From assembly GCF_006345805.1 (NCBI RefSeq), contig NC_043006.1:19778001-19842000 (forward strand): 64,000 nucleotides of DNA, in the 5' to 3' direction. This stretch comes from Octopus sinensis (Eukaryota). Shown here piece after piece: positions 13,691 through 25,797 of this stretch (its first letter is position 1; each line of letters opens with the position of its first letter). Below the pieces are notes generated by a model that saw only the letters and a list, made by a program, of their open reading frames with translations, searched no databases and had not been told where the DNA came from. The translations under genes were made by a program, and so were the position numbers.

Positions 13691-14501
13691 TAGGTTTGTT
13701 GGCTGAATAGTACTGCAATGCAAATGAGTTTTATAGTTTAATGATTGAATGTTAATTGATCAAGAATAACTTTATTCACAATCCAAGTATTAATCTCTAC
13801 AATATACCTATTTCTCAATTCATACAGCTGAAAGACAGTGTCTCTAAATTGAGAGACACTTGTATAGTATTTGGTGTTTTTGTTGTTATCATTGTTTAGC
13901 CCCAGGCTAGTACTGATTGAACAGATCTATGAAAAAAGGCATTCCAGCTATGATGATCTCTTGTTTCTTTTTTGTATATCAAGGACTATACTATCCCATA
14001 TGTCCTTCATTTTACAATATATAGGTTGTGGTTTGAGGAAGAATTAGCTGCTATTTTAGCAAGTAGAGCTAATATGTTGGCTTGATTTCATACTGCTTAT
14101 TTTATAGATGGCTGGATTTGATATTGCAAAATCACTCAGTGTTGCTGTAGAACTTGTTTGTCAGTTAGGCAAACAGTGGCAAGCATAAATGAACAGATGT
14201 CTTATTCTAAGGATCAACGTAGTATATAAAAATCAAAGAGTTTCAGATAGCACAGCTGAGAGAATACAGAACTACCAACACTCTGAATTCAGTCTTAGCA
14301 ATATTGCTGTGTGTCTAAAAGTCCACCTAGCTGGAAGTACCAGATGACAATGTATGTAGCTAGGACACTAAAAGCAGCAATAGTACTGTGAAACTGCCAT
14401 AAATACAGTATTTATTTTGACTGTCCATGAGTATAGCTTGTAAAAAGATAAACTGTATTTGATGAGATCACATTAGAAATTCAAAATACTTCATAAAGTA
14501 A

Positions 14502-14632
14502 CTTAGCGGTTCGGCAAAAGAGACCGATAGAATAAGTACTAGGCTTACAAAGTCCTGGGGTCGATTTGTTCGACTAAAGGTGGTACTCCAGCATGGCCTC
14601 AGTCAAACGACTGAAACAAGTAAGAGAATAAA
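14502..14632 (+). mobile_element. SINE S1 3' fragment
   Basis: acttagcggttcggcaaaagagaccgatagaataagtact...actgaaacaagtaagagaa matches the S1 tail. Confidence 0.8.
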
Positions 14633-15990
14633 GATTCTGTCAAGTGAGGTAAACCTTATGAACTAATTAGTTATAAGATACTTCAAACTAAAATACAGTG
14701 ATAATTAACCGTAAAACGCTTTGGTAACTAATGCCAAAACTTGAGTACAACCAGATTCACTGTGTAAAACATGAAAATCTAAAGATACTTTTTTATACAA
14801 TTTTGTTGCTTTTAGCTTGAAAATTTGAAACTATAATATCGACCTTGAAACGACCTACTTAGATTTTGTTTGTTTCATATGTGTGTATATAATTTAGCAA
14901 GAGTTTATATATGCAAGTATACATGTGAGAGGGTGCAAATACATATCCAATCATGATCATCATTTAATGCCCCTTTTTCCATGTATATATATATACATTA
15001 ATACCAATATCAACAACACCATCAAACCTGCCTTGGCCAATAACAGCCCAATCTCCTGCAACCATCTTGAACTTCCTCTCCATTCAGTCACCTATGCTTG
15101 ATAAGTAAGGATTATTTGATGATCCTACAAAACTTTAAATTGCAAGGATCCAAATCAAACTGTTATTAACTATACTATAACTATGTAACTCCCACCAAAT
15201 AAGTTGGGTTCCACTATCTTTTGTTTGTTCACTCACTTGTGTGTGTGTGTGTGTGTGTGTATACAACATGTTTATTAATAGTTATACATGAGTGTACATA
15301 TTATTTTAGAAGCACATGCATGCATGCTGCATGTGTGTTGGAGTAATATAGGCATGGCTGGGTAACTGTAGGTATGGATGTGCAGGTGTACGTATGGATG
15401 CATGGTTGAGAAGTTCACCTCCCCAATCATACAGTTTCAAGTACAGGCACATTGCATGGGGACCTTGGGTAAGTTTCTTCTGCTGTAACTCTCATTAAGG
15501 ACCTCAGCGAATCTGAGAAACTGGGAATATTTAATTAAGTGGTTTGATAATTAGGCTTTAATCTGAATTGCAAGAAATAGCAATCTTCATTGAAACCAAA
15601 AGAAAAACAAATGGACAGTGCTATCCTTGGTATGAAAAACCAGCTGGCCATGGGTGGAATGCTTTTGATTATATGTGAAATCATGACTGCACAGGGACTA
15701 AACAACTAGGTTTCATGTTGTTGAAAAATAGTCATTTAAGATTGGTATGGAAAAGGAATCCAGTTTGAAGATTTACGGTTAGAGAGATGTGATGAGATTC
15801 AAATGCATGTTGCTGTATGTGTATGTCAGTGTATGTGTGTGAGTGTGTTGTGTATTTATATATGCATGTGTGTGAGTTTATGAGTATGTATAAAACAAAA
15901 ATAAGAATAATTATTCTACTGTAAACTTTAAAACATATAGTATTAAAAATACACCAAAGAACTGAATCTTCATTCTTATAGTCACTTGTA

Positions 15991-16034
<44 letters not shown>

Positions 16035-16201
16035 TTTACTTTTCACCCTTCCTCCTAAGGTTTTATATTCCCTCCCTACACTCAGGTAGAAATATCCAAT
16101 TAATAAAAAAAAAAAAAATTTTTTAAACGTTAGTAAGTCACAGAAATAAAACTAAGAACATAATTATGATGTCTTTGTTAAGGACATCAGAGCGAAATTC
16201 C

Positions 16202-16372
16202 CTAACACCACTGCTCTCCATGAGACATCATTGCCATACTCTCTAAATCAGCATCGACATCGTCAAGAAGCCATGGAGCATGCTTTACAACAGCAGACAA
16301 TAAGTTGTCTAAGAAAGCTTTCTGTTGACTAGCTTCTGCTGTCTTCTCCTTCAGTTCTTCTAAAAGGTCTTC
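16202..16372 (-). CDS. Terminal coding exon of a coiled-coil protein with a C-terminal FIP-RBD-like (Rab11-FIP-like) motif
   Basis: Acceptor tttctcttgtttattttcag, then phase-0 EDLLEELKEKTAEASQQKAFLDNLLSAVVKHAPWLLDDVDADLESMAMMSHGEQWC-TAG (171 nt). AFLDNLLSAVVKHAPWLL resembles the FIP-RBD pattern YIDxLLxxIMxxxPxIL, judged by eye. Confidence 0.85.
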   Translation of the reverse strand, partial: EDLLEELKEKTAEASQQKAFLDNLLSAVVKHAPWLLDDVDADLESMAMMSHGEQWC

Positions 16373-16539
16373 CTGAAAATAAACAAGAGAAAAATCACGT
16401 GTATGTGAGTGTGCATATGTATGTATATATATATATATATACGTATCTATCATTGAGTTAGACATGACTTGGGCCTATAGTGGCTGAAACCTGTCAAAGT
16501 TATACATACATACATACATACATACATACACACACACAG

Positions 16540-16572
<33 letters not shown>

Positions 16573-16580
16573 TACATACA

Positions 16581-16616
<36 letters not shown>

Positions 16617-16627
16617 TGTATATGTAT

Positions 16628-17530
16628 ATATATAGTTAATCCAAACATGCTGATCTTGCTCTAATTGTTGAGTCACTATCAGAACTAGAGGAAAATTTTC
16701 AGATGTCTAAGCAAGTATTAGAATCGAAGGGCCTTAGAGTCAACATAGCAAAAACCAAAGTCTCAACAACTAGGAAGGCAGAGAAACCACAAATCCTTAC
16801 AAGGAGATGGCTCTGCTCGATCTGTAGAAAAGACATAGGTAGAAACTCCATAAGATGTAACCAGTGTAAGCTATGGACACATAAGAAGCCAGTATGCTGC
16901 TGGATGAATAATGTCAGTGTGCATATACAACAGAGTGTAAGTGCCCCAAGAGAAATGTTAGACATAAGAAGCATCAGAGGTGGTGTGCAAAAGAGACAAC
17001 TGCACTGATATGGTCATGTGTTGCAAATGGATGCTGACAGCTGTGTTAAAAAGTGTCACACCCTAGCAGTTGAGGAAGCCTGCAGAAGAGGCAGACCCAA
17101 GAAGACCCAATGTTTGAAGGTCGTACTTCAGTACGACCTTCAAACATTGGGCCTCACCAAGGTACTGACAAGTGACCGAGACCTATCGAGATATGCTGTG
17201 CTTGAGAAGACCTGGCAAGCCAAATGAGTCCAAAATCGTGTTCTATGCCAGTGCTGTATAACCAGCCCATTTAAAAGTACCTTTCAATCATTGGACAATA
17301 AACTATGCTTGCAAACACCTATTGAGGCAAGTGAAATCGTTGTTGTGGCCAATGACAGCACCACCTGATTGGCATCCATGCCAGTGGAACGTTAAAAAAA
17401 GCATTTGAGCGTGATCGTTGCCATGACCACTGACTGGCTACTGTGCCAATGGCACATAAAAGAAGCGCCATTCGAGCATGGCCAATACCAGTACCGTCTG
17501 ACTAGTGTTAGGAAGGGTATTTAGCTGTAG
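16628..17530 (+). mobile_element. RTE-clade LINE ORF2 fragment with internal deletions, plus 3' UTR
   Basis: ADL(A)LIVESLSELEE..LESKGLRVNIAKTKV...HVLQMD..CVKKC...GRPKKT, typical of the RTE RT and C-terminal region, with frameshifts and stops. Confidence 0.9.
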
Positions 17531-17539
17531 AATTCAATT

Positions 17540-18585
17540 GATAGTGAAAGATATTATCTATATTAAACCATATAGAAAAAATTGTAATATATTATAATAA
17601 ATGTTTTTCTAAAAATCACTAAATTAAATAAACATTAAATTGATTACGTGCGTTTCGTGACTATATCTTTAAATCAATTATAAAATCGATAATATTAACA
17701 TTAATTCGATTTAAAAATATAGCCACTCTTCAGGTCTAAAATAATAAAATAAATGTAAGTATCTTAATATATAATAATTAATAAATATAGAAATATACGT
17801 ATCATATCAATAAATAATCAAATGAAATGTAACAATATTAAAGAAAAAGAAAATTGTAACTCATCTTATTGAATAATACCAGTTAACTGAAATTTTAAAC
17901 ATTAAACTCAGAACCTAACGTTGCTAAGAAATTTATCACGTGAAAATATGACGTAAATAATAACTATAGAATAAATAAATAGAAATATGTATTTTAGCGG
18001 TGAAAATAATAAATAAACTTGATGTAATATACCATTTACTGGGGAAAATTCAAAATTCTCAATAATCTAAAACTAAAACATTACACATAAAATAAACTAA
18101 ATTTCGATAAATCAATATATATTCATCAATTTATTTATTTATTTTATACACACCTTGGTTTAATCTTATTCTAGTTATGTTCATATACTACATAATCTAC
18201 GGCTAATATATTCTCATTATACTACAACAAATTATAACTCATAAATTTGTAACATAAATCAGGATTTATATATATACACAAATTAGCTAAACTTATTATA
18301 TAAGTAATTTAACCAATGTCTACATTTAATTTTTCTCTCATCTTGGGAATTAATCAATTTTTTATTATTAGATAGTAATATCTCCATAAATTCATTTGTA
18401 CATAGTAAACAAAAATTATTACCTATTCGATAAAATTTGTTAAGGCCAGTTGAATTAATCAGTGTTTTATTCTTAAATGAATGCATGTGTAGAGCTACCC
18501 TTAATTTAATTTTATTAGAAGTTGACCCCACGTAAATCACATTAAAATTATAACTATTCCTACTAATATTATCATGAATCAAAGT
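17540..18585 (-). mobile_element. PLE 3' part: GIY-YIG endonuclease relic plus terminal repeat
   Basis: NVIYVGSTSNKIKLRVALHMHSFKNKTLINSTGLNK matches the PLE GIY-YIG pattern (YIGxT..FKxR..HxxSF..NSTxL); hammerhead motif downstream. Confidence 0.75.
17645..17737 (-). ncRNA. Type I hammerhead ribozyme motif (PLE-type) with long stem II
   Basis: CUGAAGA (17733-17727), a 19-bp stem II with two G-U pairs, GAAAC (17656-17652), mini stem III AC-GCAC-GU and a GUA triplet. Stem I is only partly paired. Confidence 0.7.
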
Positions 18586-18885
18586 CACTGAAGAGAACTA
18601 TAATGTTAATTATTTAGATGTTAATTTTAATTTAATAACAGGTAAAACCCAATCATTCCATAAAATTAATGAAAACCATAGATATATTAATGCTAATAGT
18701 AATCACCCACCCTCAATTAAGATATTGTTGATAGATAATATAGGTAAAAGAATATCGATGCTTCCTTCTAATTTTGAGATTTTCCAAAAACATGCACCTT
18801 ACTATAATGAAGCCTTGCAGGAGGCAGGATATAATAATCGTTTTAAAATCTTTAATAATTGTAATCAAAAGGACTTAGAGTCAAT
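18586..18885 (+). mobile_element. PLE reverse-transcriptase thumb fragment
   Basis: VNYLDVNFNLITGKTQSFHKINENHRYINANSNHPPSIK..IDNIGKRISMLPSNFEIFQKHAPYYNEALQEAGY matches the PLE FLDV...SNHPPSI...YQEAL..SGY region. Confidence 0.8.
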
Positions 18886-18889
18886 GTTG

Positions 18890-20112
18890 CAAAGACCAAA
18901 GTTCTAGTAAGTAGGAAAGCGAACTCATCACACACCACCTCGAGCAGATAACCCTGCTTAATCTGTAGAAAAGGTGTAGGTAGAAACTCCATAAGATGTA
19001 CCTAGTGTAAGCTATGGATGCATAAGAGGTGCAGCAACATCAAAGGAAAATTAACTGAGAAGATAGCTTTCGTGTGCAGCAGATGCACAGGGGCAATAGA
19101 CACCACAGATACTCAGAAAACCGATTCCATCACACTCCAGGGGGAGAAAGTAGAAGTAGTTGATAGCTTCCGGTACCTAGGTGACCAAGTTAGTTGCGAA
19201 GGTGGATACTCAGAGAGTGTTACCACTAGAATAAGAATAGCCTGGGCAAAGTTTAGAAAGCTTCTACCCCCTACTGGTGACAAAGGATCTCTTCCTCAGA
19301 GTGAAAGGTAGATTGTACGACGCATGTATGCAAAGCACCCTGAGAGAAATGTTGGACTTAACAAGCATCGGATGTGGTGTGCAAGAGAGACATTTGCACT
19401 GGTATGGTCATGTACTATGGATGGATGTAGAGAGATGTGTGAAGAAGTGCCACTCCCAAACAGTTGAAGGAATCCAGGGTAGAGGTAGACCCAGGAAGAC
19501 ATGAGATGAGGTGGTCAAGTATGACCTCCAAACGTTGGGCCTCACAGAGGCAATGACGAAAGACCAAGACCTCTGGAGATATGCTGTGACTGCAAAGACC
19601 CAACAAACTATGTGAGTTCATGGCTGTTCCCCCACACCAGCTTCACATAGCAGCCCCAGCCCATCCAAAGTACCTTGAATCACAGGACGGCCTGACGTGC
19701 TTACCTTGGATTGTAGGGTGACCTGCTGTGCTTGAGAAGACCTATTAACTCAAGTATATCAACATCAAAATAAAAAGCAAATGGAAATTGTAGTTGTGAT
19801 ACCCGTGCAGGTGGCACGTAAGAAGCACCATCCGAATGTGGCCGATGCCAGCACTGCCTAAACTAGCTTCTGTGCCAGTGGCATGTAAAAAGCACCAACT
19901 GATTGTGGCAGTTGCCAGCCTCCCTTGGCACCTGTGCCAGTGGCACATAAAAAGCACCCACTATATTCACGGAGTGGTTGGCATTAGGAAGGACATCCAG
20001 CTGTAGAAACACTGCCAGATCAGACTGGAGCCTGGTGCAGCCTCCTGGCTTCCCAGACCCCGGTCAACCTGTCCAACCCATGCTAGCATGGAAAACGGAC
20101 ATTAAACAATGA
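18890..20112 (+). mobile_element. 5'-truncated RTE LINE (ORF2 C-terminus plus 3' UTR) inserted into the PLE
   Basis: VEVVDSFRYLG..RIRIAWAKFRKLLP..KGRLYDAC..WYGHV..GRGRPRKT, followed by a 3' UTR ending in gatgat. Confidence 0.9.
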
Positions 20113-20665
20113 TGATCAATTATAATTATAATATAAAAGATTATATAAATGATTCCTATGATATTTATAATAATAAACCTAATATTAAGAATTATAAGTT
20201 TTATATAGTTAATTATGGTTTTAATAATAGGTATTATGATAATACAAAAAATAAATATAATAATAGACTAAAAGGTAAGAATAAATGCAATTTGTTTAAT
20301 GATAATAATAAATATAATAATATAATAAACAACAATATCGTTAATAATAAGAACAAAATCTGGTTAATTATTCCTTATGGGGCTCAAGTTAAAACAAACA
20401 TTATTAAAGAGATATTAAAACTAATTGAAGTATTCATTATAAATTTTCTAGAAATAATTTTCTAGTAATGATTTTGGAGTTGGTTATTCTACTACTAATG
20501 ATGGTAGTAACATCATTTCTTCTTTTAATAGATTTAAGCTGAATAAGTTTTACATTAAAAAATTAAATAATTATTGCAATAATAATAGAGACCAGAATAT
20601 AATTAATTGTATATGCAGAGATAAGACAAAACGTAAATTTTAAAATAAATGTAATTTGGATGATG
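20113..20665 (+). mobile_element. PLE linker region, continuation of 18586-18885
   Basis: NKIWLIIPYGAQVKTNIIKEILKLI..VGYSTTND..IISSFN..NCICRDKT...NKCNL corresponds to PLE IIWFNPPY..VKTNI..SYSC..IISxHN..CNCR..CL. Confidence 0.65.
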
Positions 20666-20671
20666 ATGATG

Positions 20672-21058
20672 ATCATCATCATCATCACCATTTAGCGTCC
20701 GCTTTCCATGCTTGCATGGGTTGGACGGTTCAACTGGGGTCTGTGAAGCCAGAAGGCTGCATCAGGCCCAGTCTGATCTGGCAGTGTTTCTATGGCTGGA
20801 TGCCCTTCCTAACGCCAACCACTCCTTGAGTGTAGTGGGTGCTTTTTACGTGCCACCCGCACAGGTGCCAGACGGAGCTGGCAAACGCCCACGAACGGAT
20901 GGTGCTTTTACGTGCCACCGGCACGGGGGCCAGGCGAGGCTGGCAACGGACACGAACGGATGGTGCTTTTACATGCCACCGGCACGGGGGCCAGGCCAGG
21001 CTGGCAACGGACACAAGCGGATGGTGATTTTACGTGCCACCGGCACGGGGGCCAGGCG
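20672..21058 (-). mobile_element. RTE 3' UTR copy with about 3 tandem ~60-nt units
   Basis: (CAT)n followed by the reverse complement of the RTE tail. Confidence 0.85.
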
Positions 21059-21059
21059 A

Positions 21060-21775
21060 TGATGTAGTATATAAATGCATAGAGACTTTGATTGATGACA
21101 ATGTGTATCTTAATATGTCTTTTGAGGCCTCCGTTGGATTTGCAATGCTTCTGGCATACACTGCATTCAAAGGTGTGCACAGACATATAGTCAGAATAGT
21201 TGGTGGAGGTTCATTTTCCATGCATTCGCAGATGAGATTTGAGACCAGCCAAAGGCAGGCATGGTCTGTCACAGGCTGTGTACACAAAAAGGTCATTGTC
21301 ATTCACCTTCTCGATTGTTACAAGCTTCCGTAGATCTCTTTTTTGTCTTACTTGTGTTATCTTGCCCTCATCAAATGCTTTTAATCCACTCCACACCTTT
21401 GTTTGCCATCCAACTCGATCTGAAGCAATGGTTTCTATATCTTCTGGAACTATTCCAAGTGACTTCATAGTAGTCCTTATACCATCCTTAAACCTTTGTT
21501 TAGGTTTACACCGATAGCATTCCCCTCTGCAAACTCACCATAAAACAGCTGTTTCAGAATGCATTCATCTGCCATTCGAACAATATAGCCACACCATCTC
21601 AACTGGTCCTCAAAATCATAGCTTTAATTGAGGTGATGCCTGCAGATGTAAGGACATCTGTGTTTGGAGTAAAAGAACTCCATTTACTTTTCAAAATTAT
21701 GTCAGGTTGCTCATGAGTGCTACCGGTAACATGTAATCCAATACAACCTGTTCCATGGCTGGGTCGTCGGCAACT
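21060..21775 (-). mobile_element. Second RTE-type LINE family, ORF2 C-terminus with terminal C2H2-like zinc finger
   Basis: PNTDVLTSAGITSIKAMILRTS...KPKQRFKDG..SLGI...SDRVGW...CDRPCLPLAGLKSHLRMH. Confidence 0.8.
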
Positions 21776-21831
21776 AAACTGGCAACCCCACCAGGCTTGC
21801 TTGGTGAGGAGGGTGTTGTTGGTGAGGAGGG

Positions 21832-22082
21832 TGCCGGTGGCACGTAAAAGCACCATCCGTTCGTGGCCGTTTGCCAGCTCCGTCTGGCACCTGTGCGGGT
21901 GGCACGTAAAATGCACCCACTACACTCACGGAGTGGTTGGTGTTAGGAAGGGCATCTAGCCGTAGAAACACTGCCAGATCTGACTGGGCCTGATGCAGCC
22001 TTCCGGCTTCACAGACCCCAGTTGAACCGTCCAACCCATGCTAGCATGGAAAACGGACGCTAAATGATGATGATGATGATGA

Positions 22083-22085
<3 letters not shown>
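21832..22085 (+). mobile_element. RTE 3' UTR copy
   Basis: Family sequence ending in (GAT)n. Confidence 0.85.
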
Positions 22086-22131
<46 letters not shown>

Positions 22132-22654
22132 CACACATATAAATGGTAAGGCATCAACAATTAGAATAACAATCAATCAGCTAAAGATAATGTTATAATA
22201 AAAACTACAATTCTTGTAAAATACAGATTGCAAAGCTGTCCTGGTCAAAACAGCCAGGTTCAATGTGATGCCATATAGAAAGAAATTCAGTCATCACTAA
22301 GTGTGACTAAGGGTGTCAAAGCACCTACATTGCTAGAAATAAGAGTTAAAATGCTGTAAGGAGAGTGTAAATAAATACATATACTGACAGGGGAAGAGCC
22401 ACCCCATGACCACCTTGAGGATCAACTAGATTAGGCCTTGGTTCATCTATGCTGTAGACATCATCAGTGGTGTCTCCTTGAATAGCTCATGGTCAGCTAA
22501 TTCCATCTGCCAGCATATATTTTTAACATTAATTTTTGTGGATGATTTAGCAAAATGCTAATGCATATACTAAAAATTAAAATAAACAGCCAGGCACGAT
22601 ATATGTATATATACATACATTGTAAAAAATAAAAGATACATATACATATGTGTA

Positions 22655-23008
22655 GTTGAATGAATTATCTTATTATGGATAATTCGGTTAACCAATACCT
22701 GGGTAGCAAATTCACGTCAGAAAAACACGGTTGAAGCTACATGCCTAGGGCGGAGATCACGTGCTATCGTGTGGAAATTTGTGTTTTTTTACCGCTATGG
22801 TAAAAATTTTATTATCGCTATGGGCTCCGCGTGGGCAGTCATCTAAAAGTTTTTTGTGCATCTTGATGCTGACATAAGTTCCTTACTTTTCCTGGTGAGA
22901 AGGCGGCATAATGCACCCCTTATTCCTTCGAAATTAGGAATATGCAGCCTTCGAAACATATGTCGAAAATAAAATAAAGGAGTTTTGTTAATTCGTCGTT
23001 CAACTCCA
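22655..23008. mobile_element. Possible MITE
   Basis: Imperfect terminal inverted repeats gttgaatgaattatc / gttaattcgtcgttcaac around a CpG-richer ~350-bp body. Only one copy in the window. Confidence 0.35.
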
Positions 23009-23066
23009 TTCTTTCATTTATTTGTATTTAAAAAAATATACATATGTGTATGTATGTATGTATATA

Positions 23067-23116
<50 letters not shown>

Positions 23117-23574
23117 AATGATTAGAAAATGGGGAAAAACTTAGATTAACCAGTACATCGACAGGACCACATTTAAAGTTTGTTTACTGATACAAAATTA
23201 ACAGCTGTTTTTAATCAGATACCCAGAATGCAGTCTATACATAATTGCGAGAATAAAATTCTTCATCTTCATAGGGTATTCGAATTAAAGCAACCGATCT
23301 TCATCAGAGTGAAAAACAAGAGCATACAATATAAACAAAAGGAAAAAAGAAGAGGTAAGAAAACATGGTTTAGACAAATAGTCTAAAAGCCCAATATGTT
23401 AAGTGCATGCAATTATTTACCATCTGAGCTCAAAGAACGTAGATGAGAGAATGAGCTATTAAAGGACTAGGGAATACTACAAGTTATTAACAGGAGGGTG
23501 CAGTTAGGAGGGGTGGGGGTCAGGGTGTTAAAAGAAGAAGTTATCCAGAAGCTCTATGTAAATAAGATACTAAT

Positions 23575-23830
23575 CATCATCATCATCATCATCGTTTAAC
23601 ATCCGTTCTCCATGCTAGCATGGGTTGGACGGTTCGACCGGGGATCTGGGAAGCCAGAAGGCTGCACCAGGCTCTGGTCTTATCTGGCAATGTTTCTACA
23701 GCTGGATGCCCTTCCTAACGCCAACCACTCCGTGAGTGTAGTGGGTGCTTTTTACGTGCCACCTGCACTGGTGCCAGGCAAGGCTGGCATCGGCCACGGT
23801 CGGATTGGTGCATTTTACGTGCCACCGGCT
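23575..23830 (-). mobile_element. RTE 3' UTR copy
   Basis: Near-identical to 27690-28010 and 49450-49615. Confidence 0.85.
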
Positions 23831-24355
23831 AATATAATTCTCAAAGGTCAAACCTATGTTAAACAGAGTAAACTTAAGTAAAGTTAAACAATTAACGTAG
23901 GTTGCTAAATAAAAAATTTACTCACAGGAAATTAATACCAAGAAAACCCCACCTATGGTACACAATGGAGTAAGTCTAAGACCAGCGGTCTCTACACTGG
24001 TCAGTAACAATTTAAAACAATTCACAAGTTAAAACTGTTACAAAGGGTTTGTTTATTGATAAACAAGAAAATGAAAGGAAGAAAAAAAAGGTAAGGGAGA
24101 TAAGACAGTGAGTAGAATTTGAAGACAACCTTATGTCCTTCAGTCTCTTAACAGTATGGCACATGAGAGGGGAACATAGAAACTAACAAATTAAGTGGTT
24201 AAGGGGAGGCAACAGGTTGCAGTAGACCAACAGTAGATCAATGAAGACTAGGGAAAAAAATATGGCTAAACTTCATATATAGCAAATTGTAGTAACAATT
24301 AAGTAAATACCAGTATGTAATAAGAATATATTAAATATTAAAGAATATATTATAT

Positions 24356-24748
24356 AGGTGCAGGAGTGGCTGTATGGTAAGTAGCTTGTTTACCAACCAC
24401 GTGGTTTCGGGTTCAGTCCCACTGCGTGGCACCTTGAGCAAGTGTCTTCTACTATAGCCTCGTGCCGACCAAAGCCTTGTGAGTGGATTTGGTAGACGGA
24501 AACTGAAAGAAGCCCGTCGTATATATGTATATATATATATATGTGTGTGTGTGTGTATATGTTTGTGTGTCTGTGTGTCCCCCAACATCGCCTGACAACC
24601 GATGCTGGTGTGTTTACGTCCCCGTCACTTAGCGGTTCGGCAAAAGAGACTGATAGAATAAGTACTAGGCTTACAAAGAATAAGTCCCAGGGTCGATTTG
24701 CTCGACTAAAGGCGGTGCTCCAGCATGGCCACAGTCAAATGACTGAAA
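24356..24748 (+). mobile_element. tRNA-derived SINE S1, full length
   Basis: Head gtggctgtatggtaagtagc...gggttcagtcccactgcgtggc with A/B-box-like motifs; tail ends in (TAAAAGAG)n. Confidence 0.9.
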
Positions 24749-25311
24749 CAAATAAAAGAGTAAAAGAGTATGCTAAAACCATATCAAAGCTACAGAAGCA
24801 TTTCCCTAGTCTTCATTAATTTGTTGGTCTCTTGTTTTTCACTCTTAATTTGAATGCCCTATTAAGATGAAGAATTTTATTTCTGCATTTATGCATAGAC
24901 TGCATTCTGAGAATCTGATCAGAAACAGCTGTTAGTTTTGTTATGTCTTGCTTTGTATCAATAAACAAGCTTTAGATGTGGTCCTATCGTTGTACTAGTT
25001 AATCTATGCTTTTCTCCATTTTCTAATTATTTGCATTGGTTCCTGATAAACTTTTGTTTATCCTACTGTCACCTGTGCTTAACATATATGGTGTCCCTGA
25101 ACATCATTGCCTGGGGATAACACAGGTAACGGATACTGATAGTATATACCATAAATCCTCGAGTATAGTCCGCCCTTGAGTATAATACACAGGGGATTTT
25201 TAGGGGGCTATACCTCTGAAAAACCTAAACCTTGTGTATAATACGCACCCCTTCTCTAACTTGAGTCAAGGAGGTCTATATAACATCCTTGGTTTGTAAA
25301 AATGTATATGG

Positions 25312-25797
25312 TAACGTCGGAAATAGTAGTTGTGATGTCTGTGCCGGTGGCACATAAAAAGCACTATCCGAACGTGGCCGATGCCAGCGCCGCCCCAACT
25401 GGCTTCTGTGCCGGTGGCACATAAAAAGCACCATCCGAACGTGGCTGATGCCAGCGCTACCCCGACTGGCTCCTGTGCCGGTGGCACATAAAAAGACCAT
25501 CCAAACATTGCCAGCTCTGCCTTGGCTGGCTTGCGTGCCGCTGGCACGTTAAAAGCTCCAACCGATCGTGACCGATGCCGGACCCCCCCCCCGGCACCTG
25601 TGCAGGTGGCACGTAAAAAGCACCCACTACACTCGCGGAGTGGTTGGCATTAGGAAGGGCATCCAGCCGTAGAAACTCTGCCAGATCAGACTGGAGCCTG
25701 GAGCAGCCCCTGGCTTCCCAGACCTCGGTCAAACCGTCCAACCCATGCTAGCGCGGAAAACGGACATTAAACGATGATGATGATGATGATGATGATG
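25312..25797 (+). mobile_element. RTE 3' UTR copy nested in the pogo relic
   Basis: Tandem units plus family tail and (GAT)n. Confidence 0.85.

Larger units (their letters stand above)
23115..25033. repeat. Diverged inverted repeat; arms 23115-23322 and 24829-25033
   Basis: caaatgattagaaaatgg...ggaccacatttaaagtttgtttactgatacaaa...cagaatgcagtctat...aaaattcttcatctt...gagtgaaaaacaagag recurs in reverse complement about 1.5 kb away. Confidence 0.85.

Noticed and set aside
15271-15276. Minus-strand AATAAA as the host polyadenylation signal
   Set aside because: The hexamer is common at this AT content and there is no GU-rich downstream element; the 3' UTR end cannot be called from sequence alone.
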